Source: Trichosphaerium sp. ATCC 40318
Taxonomy: Eukaryota > Protista > Tubulinea
Assembly (NCBI GenBank): GCA_038496445.1
Contig: JALMLS010000450.1
Location: 1-64,000 of the forward strand
Length of the DNA: 64,000 bases
Direction: 5' to 3'
The position numbers and the translations under genes were made by a program. The notes beneath the pieces are model-generated. The model worked only from the letters and a program-made list of their open reading frames with translations, had not been told where the DNA came from and made no database searches. This document shows positions 40,308 through 51,397 of the stretch, in pieces (within the stretch, counting starts at the first letter, position 1; every line of letters starts with the position of its first letter).

Positions 40308-42548
40308 ATGTTTCGCTTGGATCATAGTAGCGAATCTGACCTCTCAGACGATGAACTTGAATTAAGACTTCAGGTACGCCTACAAAGATCTAAAAAGACG
40401 CAATACTTACGTATAATGATCAGCAAGATGTCGCAGACCAAGCTCAGTTGGAAAAAGATCAAGAAGCTACTCTAACAAGCCATAAATCAAAATATAGAAA
40501 CAAATTACGCTGCTTGGTGCTCTCCTCGCGTAATATACCTAACAGATGGCGCCATTTAATGAAAGACTTTCTCGCTCTCTTACCACATTCTAAAAAAGAG
40601 AGTAAGCTCGACCACTCACGCCCTCTAACAGTACAACCTCACTCCTACAAGATAAAACCGTATTTACACATAGTAGCTTATTAATCAAATGGCAGAAGCC
40701 AAACACTGTCAAAACGCCGTATTCTTTGACGCGCGAAGTACGTTTTACGTCCCTCTACAATTTTTAATGTAAACTAAGCGTCTTATACCTTTTCGCCCTA
40801 AAAACTGACGTAAATCTCTTGTCACATCCTTCTCGTGTATTCTAATAACCTTTCTAGAAAATAATCTCTTCATTTGGATGTCACACTGTCCAAATGGACC
40901 AAGTATAAAATTTAAGGTTCACAATGGTACGTTCAACGTTAAATTAACTGCAAACCTTGTTTTTTTTTCTTACTCATTTTTTCCTATTTTCGATTTTTAT
41001 GAAATTGACAGAATTGTTAATCACGTGTTTATTATAAATTTACTTACGTTTATTGCCATAGAACATAATATGAGGGAGTTAAAGTTTGCTGGAAATTGCC
41101 TACAAGGATCAAGACCTATCATTTCTTTCGATAAAGCGTTTGAAGAAGAAGGTCATTGGAAACTTATGAAAGAATTAATGTTACAGGTACCACTCGCTTT
41201 CTTTTTGATTGTTTCAAAGAGACTCTTGACGCAAAGCGTTTTCATCAGTCGTTTGCAAGTATTAACCAAGTACCTAGATATTTTGTACACCACGTTATCA
41301 TCCTAAGAGTAAACCATTCACAGATCATGTCTTGAACTTTTCTTTGTTGGACAATAAAATTTGGTTCAGAAATTTTCAGGTACGATGTCCGTCTTTTCCG
41401 GCCATTCTATACTGTAACCAAGCACTATATGTATATACGGTGTAATCGTAGTACACCACGCCGTACAACACTTACTCAAAGAAATCAATTCTTTCTGAAA
41501 AGGAAATAAACCGTTTTTCTTCGCTTTATTTCGGAACCTCGACTTACATATCCCTAGGCCACAGAAGAGCAAGTAGGCCCTAAAATGGAAGATATACTTG
41601 CAGAGGTTGGACCACGATTCGTCTTGGATCCAGTAGCTATTTTTAAAGGAAGTTTTGGTGGAGAGAGAATATGGAGTAATCCTTACTACATTAATCCTAA
41701 TGACGTACGTTTTTTCTTACCTGTTCCTGTTTGTTATCAAATTTATAAGTTCTAATCGTACCTTCCTTTTATTCTTTTTATGGCTGTAAAGCCAAAAGTT
41801 ATGTATTTACTGGTAACACCGACGAGGTGCACCAAAAAAAGTATTTCAAAAAATCAACCAATTTTTTTTTATTTGAACCCATGTTTTGTCTTCTTTATTG
41901 AACGACAACAGCTTTGGTACCAACTTTAAGGTATTAAAGTAGCGATAAAAAACGTAGGGAATACAAAAATTCAAGACAAAGTGTTTGCGGTTTGCACATT
42001 TAAAGTTGTAATCGTTAATATGTCGTGAGACATTTTCTTTGCCTATTTTCTTTTTCTTATCCCAGTAATTTTTTTGAACTTCATTATTCGGATTTGAAAT
42101 AAGTATTATAATAGGCACGTCGTATTAAGAAGAGGATGCACCAGAATAAATACGAAGATAGAAAGGATGCACAAGAGAGTACGTCCTTATTTTTTCCCTT
42201 TTTTTTCTTTTTAGGCTTTTTTTTTTTTTACCAATCATTAACTCTTCTGTTAGTGCACCGTGACCGTATGCAACGTCCTGATTATCAAACAAAATTGTAC
42301 GTGAATATGATTACACTGTTTGTAAGTACTCACAAGACCTCTAAAGGGATCCAATCGAAGCTATGTACAAACCACCTCAGCACATGAAAAAAGAAAAATA
42401 CAACAAATTCAAGAACGCTCCACGTGTAGACTTGAATTCTGTTGTACGTGAGCGTAAGAGACAAGCAAGAGATGCTGAGCGTCTAGTAAACAAGAGACAA
42501 AAGCGAGTTGATAAAGATACTATGGCGTTCTTGAACGGCGGAAAGTAA
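40308..42548 (+). CDS. BRX1: Brix-domain ribosome biogenesis protein; multi-exon
   Basis: NKLRCLVLSSRNIPNRWRHLMKDFLALLPHSKKESKLD, CPNGPSIKF, ELKFAGNCLQGSRPIISFD, SKPFTDHV, KIWFRNFQ, EVGPRFVL, FKGSFGG. Confidence 0.93.
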
Positions 42549-42982
42549 AAAAGAAAGCAACAAAAAAGAAAGTTTTTTTCAAATTACGAGGAACTTGTAC
42601 AAAAAAAAAATGAGCCGGAAAACAAGAAAGAAGTAACTAACTATCCTTTTTTTTGTTTTCTGGTTTTTTCCTTCAAAAAATAAAGAGAAGCATTATGGTT
42701 GTGTACTATAAAAATGTTTATTTATGTCAACAATTCATTGGAACTTCGTATTCACTTTTATTATACTGGAAGGCTTTATTGAAGAATACCGTCTCTCAAG
42801 GCAATTTCATTGAGTACCAACAAGCAATAGACAGTAGTAATACTAGATTCTGGTTTGTGTGTTAACGGCAATGTATCAAAAACAATGTGAGTTTTTTTTT
42901 ATTGTACTCTACAAGCGTGATGTAAAAACACTGCTATTGTGACTCTTCACGTGATTTACACTTTAGCAATTGTTTTGTCATT

Positions 42983-43790
42983 TCATAGACGCATACACGT
43001 GTGCAAAAAAGTATACTTAGTCTTTAAATCTAAAGAACCTATTGTTGCGAAAGAAACCAGTTTTTTCTCTTTCCCTTTCTTGTTCCATTGTACACTAGGT
43101 CCATTTTTCTTTCCTTGTTCAAACCTTACCATCGTTTTCTTCTTCCCATTTGGGTAATACCAAATACAGTCACCATTTTTTGTAATAGTGTCTTGCCCAC
43201 CTTTATCATAGAAAGCTGAAAACGAATACATTATTGTTCCATTCTTTCTAGTGTACTTACAATACACCTTGGTAGATTCCAACACATACTCAACTTTGTA
43301 TGTGCCCCTTTCAATAGTGATCCTTTGCTTTATATGTAAACTAAGCAGCCTCTTGAGCTCATCACCTTTAAGTGTATTCGCCCAACGCATGAGCAGATGC
43401 TTCCTTTTCAAATGTAACCCAACAGTGATCTTCGTTGTTGAATAGTAAACCAGCATAAATCTTTGTGAATTGGGTCCTTTATCACTAAAATATCCTTCTC
43501 CACATTTGATATTGTTGTAATAAGCATTGAACTGTTGTACATATTGTTCTTTGCTTTTACAAATTATTGCAACTGAGTGATAGTGAGGCATCCAGTGGCA
43601 CTGGAAAGGTACTTTAACTGTTGAACGCAAGCAGCTTTTAATAGTGGAAGAGTATGACTCAAAGAGCTGCTTATAATGGTATGTTCCATCAACTAACCAT
43701 GTTTGAATACCAAGCAGCTTGTCACTGTTGAATCAGCACTTAAGATGTTAAGTGTTCCGTGCATTTCTCCATGCACAAACCTGATATTTT
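42983..43790 (-). pseudogene. Divergent MORN-variant-containing gene with a frameshift near 43700
   Basis: ORF contains KNGDCIWYYPNGKKKTMVRFEQGKKNGPSVQWNKKG. Upstream FVHGEMHG...FKHG joins VDGTYHYKQ only after a 1-nt shift. Confidence 0.55.
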
Positions 43791-43968
43791 GCCTCAAAAT
43801 GCTCGTCTAAGATAAGGCTACCAGTACCATTTGAGCGAGTGCAACAGGGTGAATGAATGACATGAAGATCCTTTTATTTAACGTTCACTTTGAAGAGATG
43901 TACTGCCTTAACTTTGCACTTAAGCCAATTTCTTAACGACACCAAAAAGTCAGTTGGTACTCAGCGAA

Positions 43969-44823
43969 ATGCGTATACACTTCCTCGCGGCCTTTGTTTT
44001 AGCTTTTGTAACGGTTCAGGCGTTTCAACCGCCTGATCTACCTATAAAAGCAGCACACTTTACCTACACCACTATTGGTCAACCTATACCAAATGAGCCA
44101 TCGTATTACTACCAAGGAGAAATTAAATACCTCAAAGACGAGAATTACGCGCTTACATGGGAAAATATCACTACAGTAATCGTAGGAAAGCCAAGATATA
44201 GCATTCTAAGCATTGGAGTGACAGTTTCGCCACAACCGACTGTACGAACGTTGTTTATCACTTAAACTGACTCTAATAACACTGTAATGCTATAGACGTA
44301 CACATACGACATTGCCAGAGATGGTACATGCCAGGAAACAACAAATACGGTTCCAAAATGTACTTCATGGGTAAAAAACGGAACAACGTACACGTGTACT
44401 TGTGATACGCCTACAAAGGATGTGAGTGATATGAAGACAAACTGGAAGCTCGTAACGCTAGATGGTTCGTTAGATTTCTTGGTTTTTGAGCTGGTAGCTG
44501 AAGTATCCCACGTGGGATGATTTTTGTTTTGTGGTTTTAATATCGTAATTTTTTCGCGTGTTAAATTAAAGCGTAGGTGTCACTATTTCTGAGATTAGTC
44601 GCGTGTCGTTTAGTTTAACTACCCCTTCTTTATTAATATCACGTACTTGGCATGCTGAGAAACAACTATCTCCACCAACAACTCCAGCAGACTTGAAGGT
44701 AAAGCTATCTGATTAATTTTTTTTTTGGCAATAATTTTAAAGCTGTGAACCAAGTGACTGATTACGAGAATGTAGATTCCCCAAGCATGTAGCAACACTA
44801 ACGTGGTGGATATAAAACGGTGA
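43969..44823 (+). CDS. Secreted protein, ependymin-related-like; paralog of 17122-17931
   Basis: Signal peptide MRIHFLAAFVLAFVTVQA, then PDLP..AHFTY, CQETT..VPKCTSW..YTCTC and C-terminal PTTPADLK|IPQAC. Confidence 0.55.
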
Positions 44824-45066
44824 TAATACTACCTCCTCCATTGCATAAATAAATTAAGCAAGATTCAATTCATAAGCCTGGAATTATTGTCGAGAAGACA
44901 AGCTAAAACTCAAACTATTTCTGCGCTTTTGAGACTTTACGAAGTGTTCAAGGGAGAACTTCTCGGAAAATTATGGTACTTCCAGAACCTGTGCATCTCC
45001 AAGCAATTGCATAAAACTTTGCCTCAAACAGGTAGTACCACCATAAATTCCTTGAGAGTATTTGTG

Positions 45067-46434
45067 CAACAGAAATCGCATCACAATCCACCATTTTTGG
45101 GATTTGCGTCTTTTTGCCAAAAGAGGCAAGTTTAAAGGAATAAAAAAAGGAAAGCGTGGAACACAATTTTTAGTGAATTATTTGAACACAAGACTATGTA
45201 GGACTCTTTGGATACTACCAAACTACCAATTGATAGTATCATTACTATTACAACACTAAACCATGGGCAACAAAAGCAATAAGGCTTTAAAACAAAGAAA
45301 AGAAGACACCAAACCACCAGAGATACCTAAAGTACACTTTTGTGTTACTGGAAAGGGTGCAGATGCGTTTGTAAAACAACTGGAGGTACCACAAACCAAA
45401 GATTAAGCTTAAAACCTATAATTGTGTATGTAGACTTTTGGAGAAATGATTCGAGGCATCTTCTGGTTCCATCAACGAGGGTACACTATATTTTGTTTTG
45501 TCGTTCACCCACATCAATGAGAATCTGATAACTTTGTAGATATGGAATGAGTGACTCGCTTGCAGGTGCGATAAATGGTGTTAAGCCGCTTCCGAATAAG
45601 TTTTTCGATTCCAGATTGTTTTCACTTTTGTGCTCTAGTATCTACTGCGTGTTTCTTGATTAGCGTAGGTTGCTATAATATAATGTTAAAGCCCTTTTAT
45701 AAGGCAAACATACCACGCACGACTTCAGGAAGGAATCGTTAAACCAAAATCGGTCACATGATTACATTTTCGTTTGTTTCTTCAGTTTACGGTTACTGAT
45801 GTTGTCATATAGATAGTGCAACATCTAACAGGGTCACCATAAATAAGGATAAATACATGTGTATTGTACAAAAATAATATGTGCTGCACATATTCTGGTG
45901 TTAATGGTTTTTAGGTAAACGATTTCAATGAACTTAGGTTTGTGGTAATATCATCCACAAGACTAACCTGTCATGAAGTATTCTATCTTATTGTTGATCA
46001 CCATGACATGTGTCTCGAAAAGGCATTTGAAGAAATAAAACTATTATTAGACAGTTTGCAAAGATGTAAGAGTTTTGAGCAAGAAGCAGTTGCTTATATT
46101 TTGATCCCTGAGAAGCATGAGCAATTTTTAGAAAAGATTCAAGAGGTAAGAGGTTCTGTTTATTCGTGCAAAGTTGAAATGAAAAGAACAAACCTGCTAC
46201 TCTCTGTCTACAATCAATTCAAAAAAAAGTAAATAATTGACATTGTTATTTTAGCAAGTCATGGATTCAAACTTTGAAGCAGGCCCCGCAACAGAGTGGT
46301 TAGAAATTAAAGGAGTTTTATTGATGCCAAAAGATCCACAGGGGATATTAGATTTAATACTAAACCATTGTGAACCTTTTATCACATCACAGTAATTGCA
46401 TACTGGGACACATTGTAGCAAATAAACTGAACCT
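45067..46434. repeat. ~1.4-kb direct repeat, copy 1
   Basis: Colinear with 51398-52818; near-identical over 45200-45540 versus 51525-51865; homology ends at AATAAACTGAACCT in both copies. Confidence 0.95.
45812..46395 (+). CDS. Spliced gene of unknown function in repeat copy 1 (first exon not located)
   Basis: Exons DSATSNRVTINKDKYMCI|VNDF...HEVFYLIVD...FLEKIQE|QVMD...EPFITSQ*. Indels relative to copy 2 preserve frame. Confidence 0.6.
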
Positions 46435-46569
46435 TTATAATATGCTATGTAAAGTTAGCATGTGATGTATAACCTTTAACAATATATTTTGTGGTGATAG
46501 CACACACCCATTTATCCCGTCCACAATGTCTTTCTAGAGTGCACAGTCACACCTATTAATTTTTCATTC

Positions 46570-47367
46570 TTAGAAATCATGATTGTATGTGTTTACATTT
46601 CCAGTGTAATTACACTGGCACTGCAATTGGCCGTTTGCATACCACGTTTTGCATTCTCCTTCATACTTACCCTTGATATAGTTATGTTGGATCTTTAATT
46701 GTCCACTTTCATACCACTCGTTATATTCTCCTTCAAACTCACCTTTGATAAAATTACACTGAATCTCTAATTGGCTGTTTTCATACCACTCCTTACATTC
46801 TCCTTCTTGCTTACCATCGATGTAATTATACAGAATCTTTAATTGGCTATTTTCGTACCACTCCCTAGATTCTCCTTCTTGCTTGTCATTGATATAGTAA
46901 CACTGTTTGGCCAGTTTTCCATTTTTATGCCATTTCTTTTTTACTCCTTCCTTTTTACCCTTGACAAAAGTACCTTGGTAAACCAATTGCACAGTTCTGT
47001 ACCACCCTTTGTATTCCCTTGTTCCTTGCCATTAACATAAGTACACTGACTTTGCAATTCAATATTTCCCTTGTTTTTTTCCTCTTGCTTATATTCTTCT
47101 TTGTCAAAGATGTTTAACCATTCAACCACTTTATACCATTCCTTAGATTCCCCTTCTTTTTTACCCTTTGATGTAATTACACTGCATCCACAATTGGCTA
47201 TTAACCCGTCTATGTCTGTATTCATACCATCAAACCTTATTGTTGCCACCTGTTTCGAAAGAAGTGGCCAATTTAAATACGCAGACCAGTCTAAACCGAT
47301 AATATCGAGCTGAAGCTCAACTGGAAGGTGTAATAGGCGACAATCATCTGATTGTACAGTAAATCCC
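46570..47367 (-). pseudogene. Frameshifted F-box-like + MORN-variant gene
   Basis: LLHLPVELQLDIIGLDWSAYLNWPLLSKQVA (47335-47245) is in frame with MORN units; frameshifts at ~46990-47015; downstream EGECKEWYENSQLEIQCNFIKG-type units. Confidence 0.8.
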
Positions 47368-47983
47368 TATTTGTGTTGTTAGATACTACGTTTACGATTA
47401 AAAGGATTCTGGTACATTTTTGAGTAACCTTTGTACAAAGTGTACTGTTATGCTGGTTGGGTTTTTTTGTAGCAAGTATTGTAAATGCACGGCTTGTTAA
47501 CCTGAAAAAAAGCCGGAACAGAATACACAAGAAAAGCGTCATGAGTTCACTACAAGTAATCGGTAAACATACTAGCAGCAGAGGATATGTACGTTCAGAT
47601 ATACGCCAATTTAGTGAACTCACTGCGTTTTGAACATTAGCTTCTTAATATTGCATCGTAGTGCTCGCATTGGTTAAAAACAAGTCTAAGATAGTTGATA
47701 TCAGGTATGTTGACGCTAAGATTTTATTTTCAACAAGCTGCGAATGCAAAGTTGGTTTTACTCTTAATTTACGCACTTGTACGTTCCAGAACACAGGTCT
47801 AGCGTAGTGTGGGTATGTGGCATCCAATACGTATTAACGCACGTGTGATGTTGACTCATTACTAAAAGACGTGCCTACAATACAGCTAGTGAACCCAACC
47901 CCGCACTTCAGTGACACTTAACATTTACCACATATCTACTATTCTCAGAAAATTCTTATTGTTCCTTTTTCTACAGATACAAA

Positions 47984-48892
47984 ATGTCTTCACTACTTGA
48001 TCTTCCTTGTGAGCTTCAACAAGAAATTTGTTCATTCAACATGGAGACCTTCACGAAATTCCATACACTATCAAAAAGAGCAGCAATCAATACACATTAC
48101 AATGAACAACTACAGCGAAAAGGGAAATGGATTAGATGGTACAAAAGTGGCAAAGTATGGGCTCATGAGTATACGAATAATGGAATTAATAAGGAATGGT
48201 ATGAGAATGGGCAACTTAAGATGGAGGTAAGGGTATTAAACAGTAAGAAGCACGGTATTGCTAAAATATGGTATGAAAATGGACACATTGAGGCACAATG
48301 CATGTTCGTTAATGGCAAGGAACAAGGTGAAGCCAAAAAGTGGTACAGAAGTGGAAAACTGTCAGTATGCAGCGTGTTTGTTGATGGTAAACAAAACGGA
48401 GTAATCAAGCAGTGGTATGAAAACGGGCAACTTAAGGCACAAGCCACGATGGTTGACAACAAGCAAAACGGAGAAGTCAACGGGTGGTATGAAAGTGGAA
48501 AACTTAAAGTACACAGCACGTGGGTTGATGGTAAAAAAACCGGAGCAATCAAGCAGTGGTTTGAAAATGGTCAACTTGCGCGACAAAGCGAGTGGGTTGA
48601 TGGTAAGAAAAATGGTGAACTCAAGGAGTGGTATGAAAATGGACAGCTTATGTCACAAAGCATGTGGGTTAGCGATAAACAAATTGGAGTAGCCAAACAG
48701 TGGAGTGTGAATGGAAAACCAAAGGAGGAGGTTGATGGGCAAACCAAGAGATGGCTAACAAGTCGAAAAAACAAGAAACAAAACCACTTGATTACCAACG
48801 CCAGAAACAAGAAAAGAAGAAGTTTAATGATAAGGTCATTTAACACAATGTTGTTCCCTTTTCACATGCTACGTCGTTTTGTGTGGGGTTAA
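47984..48892 (+). CDS. F-box-like head + ~9 MORN-variant repeats
   Basis: MSSLLDLPCELQQEICSFNMETFTKFHTLSKRAAINTH is nearly the same head as in 21321-22481, followed by 24-aa NGxxKxWYENGQL units. Confidence 0.88.
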   Translation: MSSLLDLPCELQQEICSFNMETFTKFHTLSKRAAINTHYNEQLQRKGKWIRWYKSGKVWAHEYTNNGINKEWYENGQLKMEVRVLNSKKHGIAKIWYENGHIEAQCMFVNGKEQGEAKKWYRSGKLSVCSVFVDGKQNGVIKQWYENGQLKAQATMVDNKQNGEVNGWYESGKLKVHSTWVDGKKTGAIKQWFENGQLARQSEWVDGKKNGELKEWYENGQLMSQSMWVSDKQIGVAKQWSVNGKPKEEVDGQTKRWLTSRKNKKQNHLITNARNKKRRSLMIRSFNTMLFPFHMLRRFVWG

Positions 48893-49110
48893 GGTACTTT
48901 TCAAGTGCTTTTTATTCCTCAATGTTGTATTGGTCAAGAAAGCAGTAACAGGCATTTACTAGAAGTAGTGTAGTTGACAAATAAAGAGACCGTTTTGTGT
49001 TTCTAGTTTTTTCATTTAATTACCAAACACTCGATTAGTGCGTAAAAGTCATGTCAAGTAACTATCTGAACGTTTATCACGTGACCGTCACGAATCAATA
49101 CAACACTTGT

Positions 49111-50214
49111 ATGACGCATATATTATATACACTATCCATTTTGTGTATCACTGGCTACTTAGGACAATGTTTAGCACAAAGTGATATCAAATGCACTGGT
49201 TGTGATAAGCTTATGCTGTCTGGGACGCTTGTAGTGGTTAACAAGCGCGTTGGGATCGTTAGCTTTATAGACATGTCTACAGGCACTAACAAACCTCCAT
49301 TTGGCACTGTTGAGGTTACAAACACTCCTCACGAGGTGTCAGTGTCTAAAGATGGTACTAAGGCAGTTGTAACTAACTATGGCTCAAGAAATCCTTCTTT
49401 CGTCACTGTGGTTGATATGAACAAGCAAACAGTGCTGAAAAGGGTATCGCTAGGATCTGCTGTAGCGCCTCATGGTATTGACCTTATTGACAATGATCTA
49501 TTTGCTATTTCATGCGAAGGAAGCGCTGATATTGTAATTCTTGACGCTAGAAAAGATACCCCAGATCGCGTAATAAAGACACCCGGATCAAGATGTCACA
49601 TGGTTATTGTACCTGATCCTTCTTTCGCAATTGGTACGAGCATAAGCGACGGGAATACGATAACACTGAATCTTGATGATTTTCGTGTCAGTCACGTGAT
49701 ACCTACTGGTAGCGGGTCTGAAGCAGTTGATGTTTCTTTGAATACGTTCAAGGTATTTTTTTCCTCTTTGTTTCTCGTACTAAAACTCTGTTAGGGAAAT
49801 CTCTCTGTGGGTATTGATATACCATTATGGGTTGGAAATAGGGAGGATCAGTTAAGGGTATTGGCTATAAACGATGAATTGGTGATGAAAGAGGAAGCAA
49901 GTATTGGAGCACCTTCATTACCCATTCGATTAAAGTTTGTTTTCAACAAAGAAACAAAAAAAGAAGAAGTTTGGGTAAGCCAAGCAAGATCTGGTTCTGT
50001 GCTCGTATATGATGTTGAAACAAGACGTGTAATTAGTCAGATAAATGTTGGTAATGCTAATAGTACACCAGTTGGCTTATTACCGGTTGGAAACTTTGTT
50101 TTTGTAGCACTTACTGTTTCTGGAAAGATTGTTGTTATAGATATTCAATCACGTGATATTATTGCCGAACTCAATGGGTTTGTAGATCCGGATGGTATGG
50201 CTTATGTCAAATAA
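49111..50214 (+). CDS. Secreted YVTN/YncE-type beta-propeller, bacterial-like; two exons
   Basis: Signal peptide; GTLVVVNK, PHEVSVSKDG..AVVTNYG, APHGI, CHMV, GSEAVDVS, PIRLKF, PDGMAY*. Intron at 49753-49794. Confidence 0.8.
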
Positions 50215-50284
50215 ATACTTATCAATTTTCTAAATCTGTTCATCTGAAGTTACTCAAAGCAAACACTTTCGTCAGCAAGTAAAT

Positions 50285-50470
50285 TTAGGTACTAATACCT
50301 TTGTCTGTTGTGTCAGTACCAAAAAGAACGATAGCATGAACACTACCTAATGCCTCAATACCTTTGTCTGTTACTAGTAACTGTACTAGATAAATCAATT
50401 ATGAACACCAGCAAGCGGTATCATGCCTTTGTCTGATGTTAGTCTGGTACAGATTAAATACCTGAGCAGG
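50285..50470 (-). pseudogene. Decayed 22-aa LRR array (TDKGIxxLGxVHxLxL type)
   Basis: DKGMIPLAGVH..IDLSST, LVTDKGIEALGSVHAIVLFGTDTTDKGIST*, with frameshifts. Confidence 0.65.
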
Positions 50471-50810
50471 CTTTTTTCACGTGTTCGGCTGGTTTTCGAA
50501 GCAAGCTAAGACTGTTAGTATAATAAGCATGTACCTGGTATTGTGCATTTTGATGCTACATAAATATGTTCTGGGTCAGGAAGGAAATTATAATAGTAGC
50601 ACCAGCACAGTGTTTGCGCAACGTAGAAATATGAAGTCACAAGTGTACTGGCAGTATTGTTTCTGGATCAGTCTAAAAATTCAGTTGCTTGCCATTGTAC
50701 TCTATAGTTTACTAGGTACTATTAATAACGCTGAGAATGTCAATAGCAACAGTAGTGAGAAATAGCTGTAAAAAATGAAGGTTTTACAAAAACCTTCAAG
50801 CAATTGCACA

Positions 50811-51345
50811 TAGAGGTTCGCTAAACGGCTATAGCCTGTTAGTCGTTTAATATTTTGGGACCGGGTAGGCAGGCTATAACCGTCTAAGAAAAATAAGGGA
50901 AAACTCAACCATTTGCTCGATACTAGGCTTTTGGACGTTTGTATCGAACAGAAACGAATTTCTAAGCCATTGAGATCAATAATTGTGTCGTGGAGTAATG
51001 GACTACCAGAAGCATCTGAACTTCGTTTGCGTTTTTAATACTGATACGACCATACCCAACATGGTTATGAACAATATCTCTTAAAAGATAGCACGTTTGG
51101 GCTGTACGAAGTGTATATGTTTGAGAATATGGACTTATTAACTCAATTGGTAGCGCAACAAGGTCGAATACTTGGTTGAACTGTGTTTGTTGTTTTTTCT
51201 TTTGAGAGCATGCAGAACTTTAATAAAGCACGTGGTGCCATAGTACAACACCAACAAAATCTCATTTTAAACGGTATAACCGATTTCAGATTTTGTTGCT
51301 GAGTTTTAGCCGTCGGTTAACCGGACCGGAAAACGACCACCTCTA
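50811..51345. mobile_element. Non-autonomous hAT-type element, 535 bp
   Basis: TIR TAGAGGT...ACCTCTA; perfect 8-bp TSD ATTGCACA at 50803-50810 and 51346-51353; subterminal CGGTTAACCGG. Confidence 0.88.
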
Positions 51346-51397
51346 ATTGCACAAAACCTTGTACCAGACATACAAATCGTTAAGACAATTCGTCTAA

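Noticed and set aside
40740-42117. Intronic snoRNAs in the unusually long BRX1 introns
   Set aside because: I found no convincing paired C/D boxes or H/ACA architecture by eye; a covariance-model scan would be needed.
48163-48846. Antisense and alternate-frame ORFs over MORN, TPR-SET and other genes
   Set aside because: These are shadow ORFs produced by repeat periodicity and codon bias on the coding strand.
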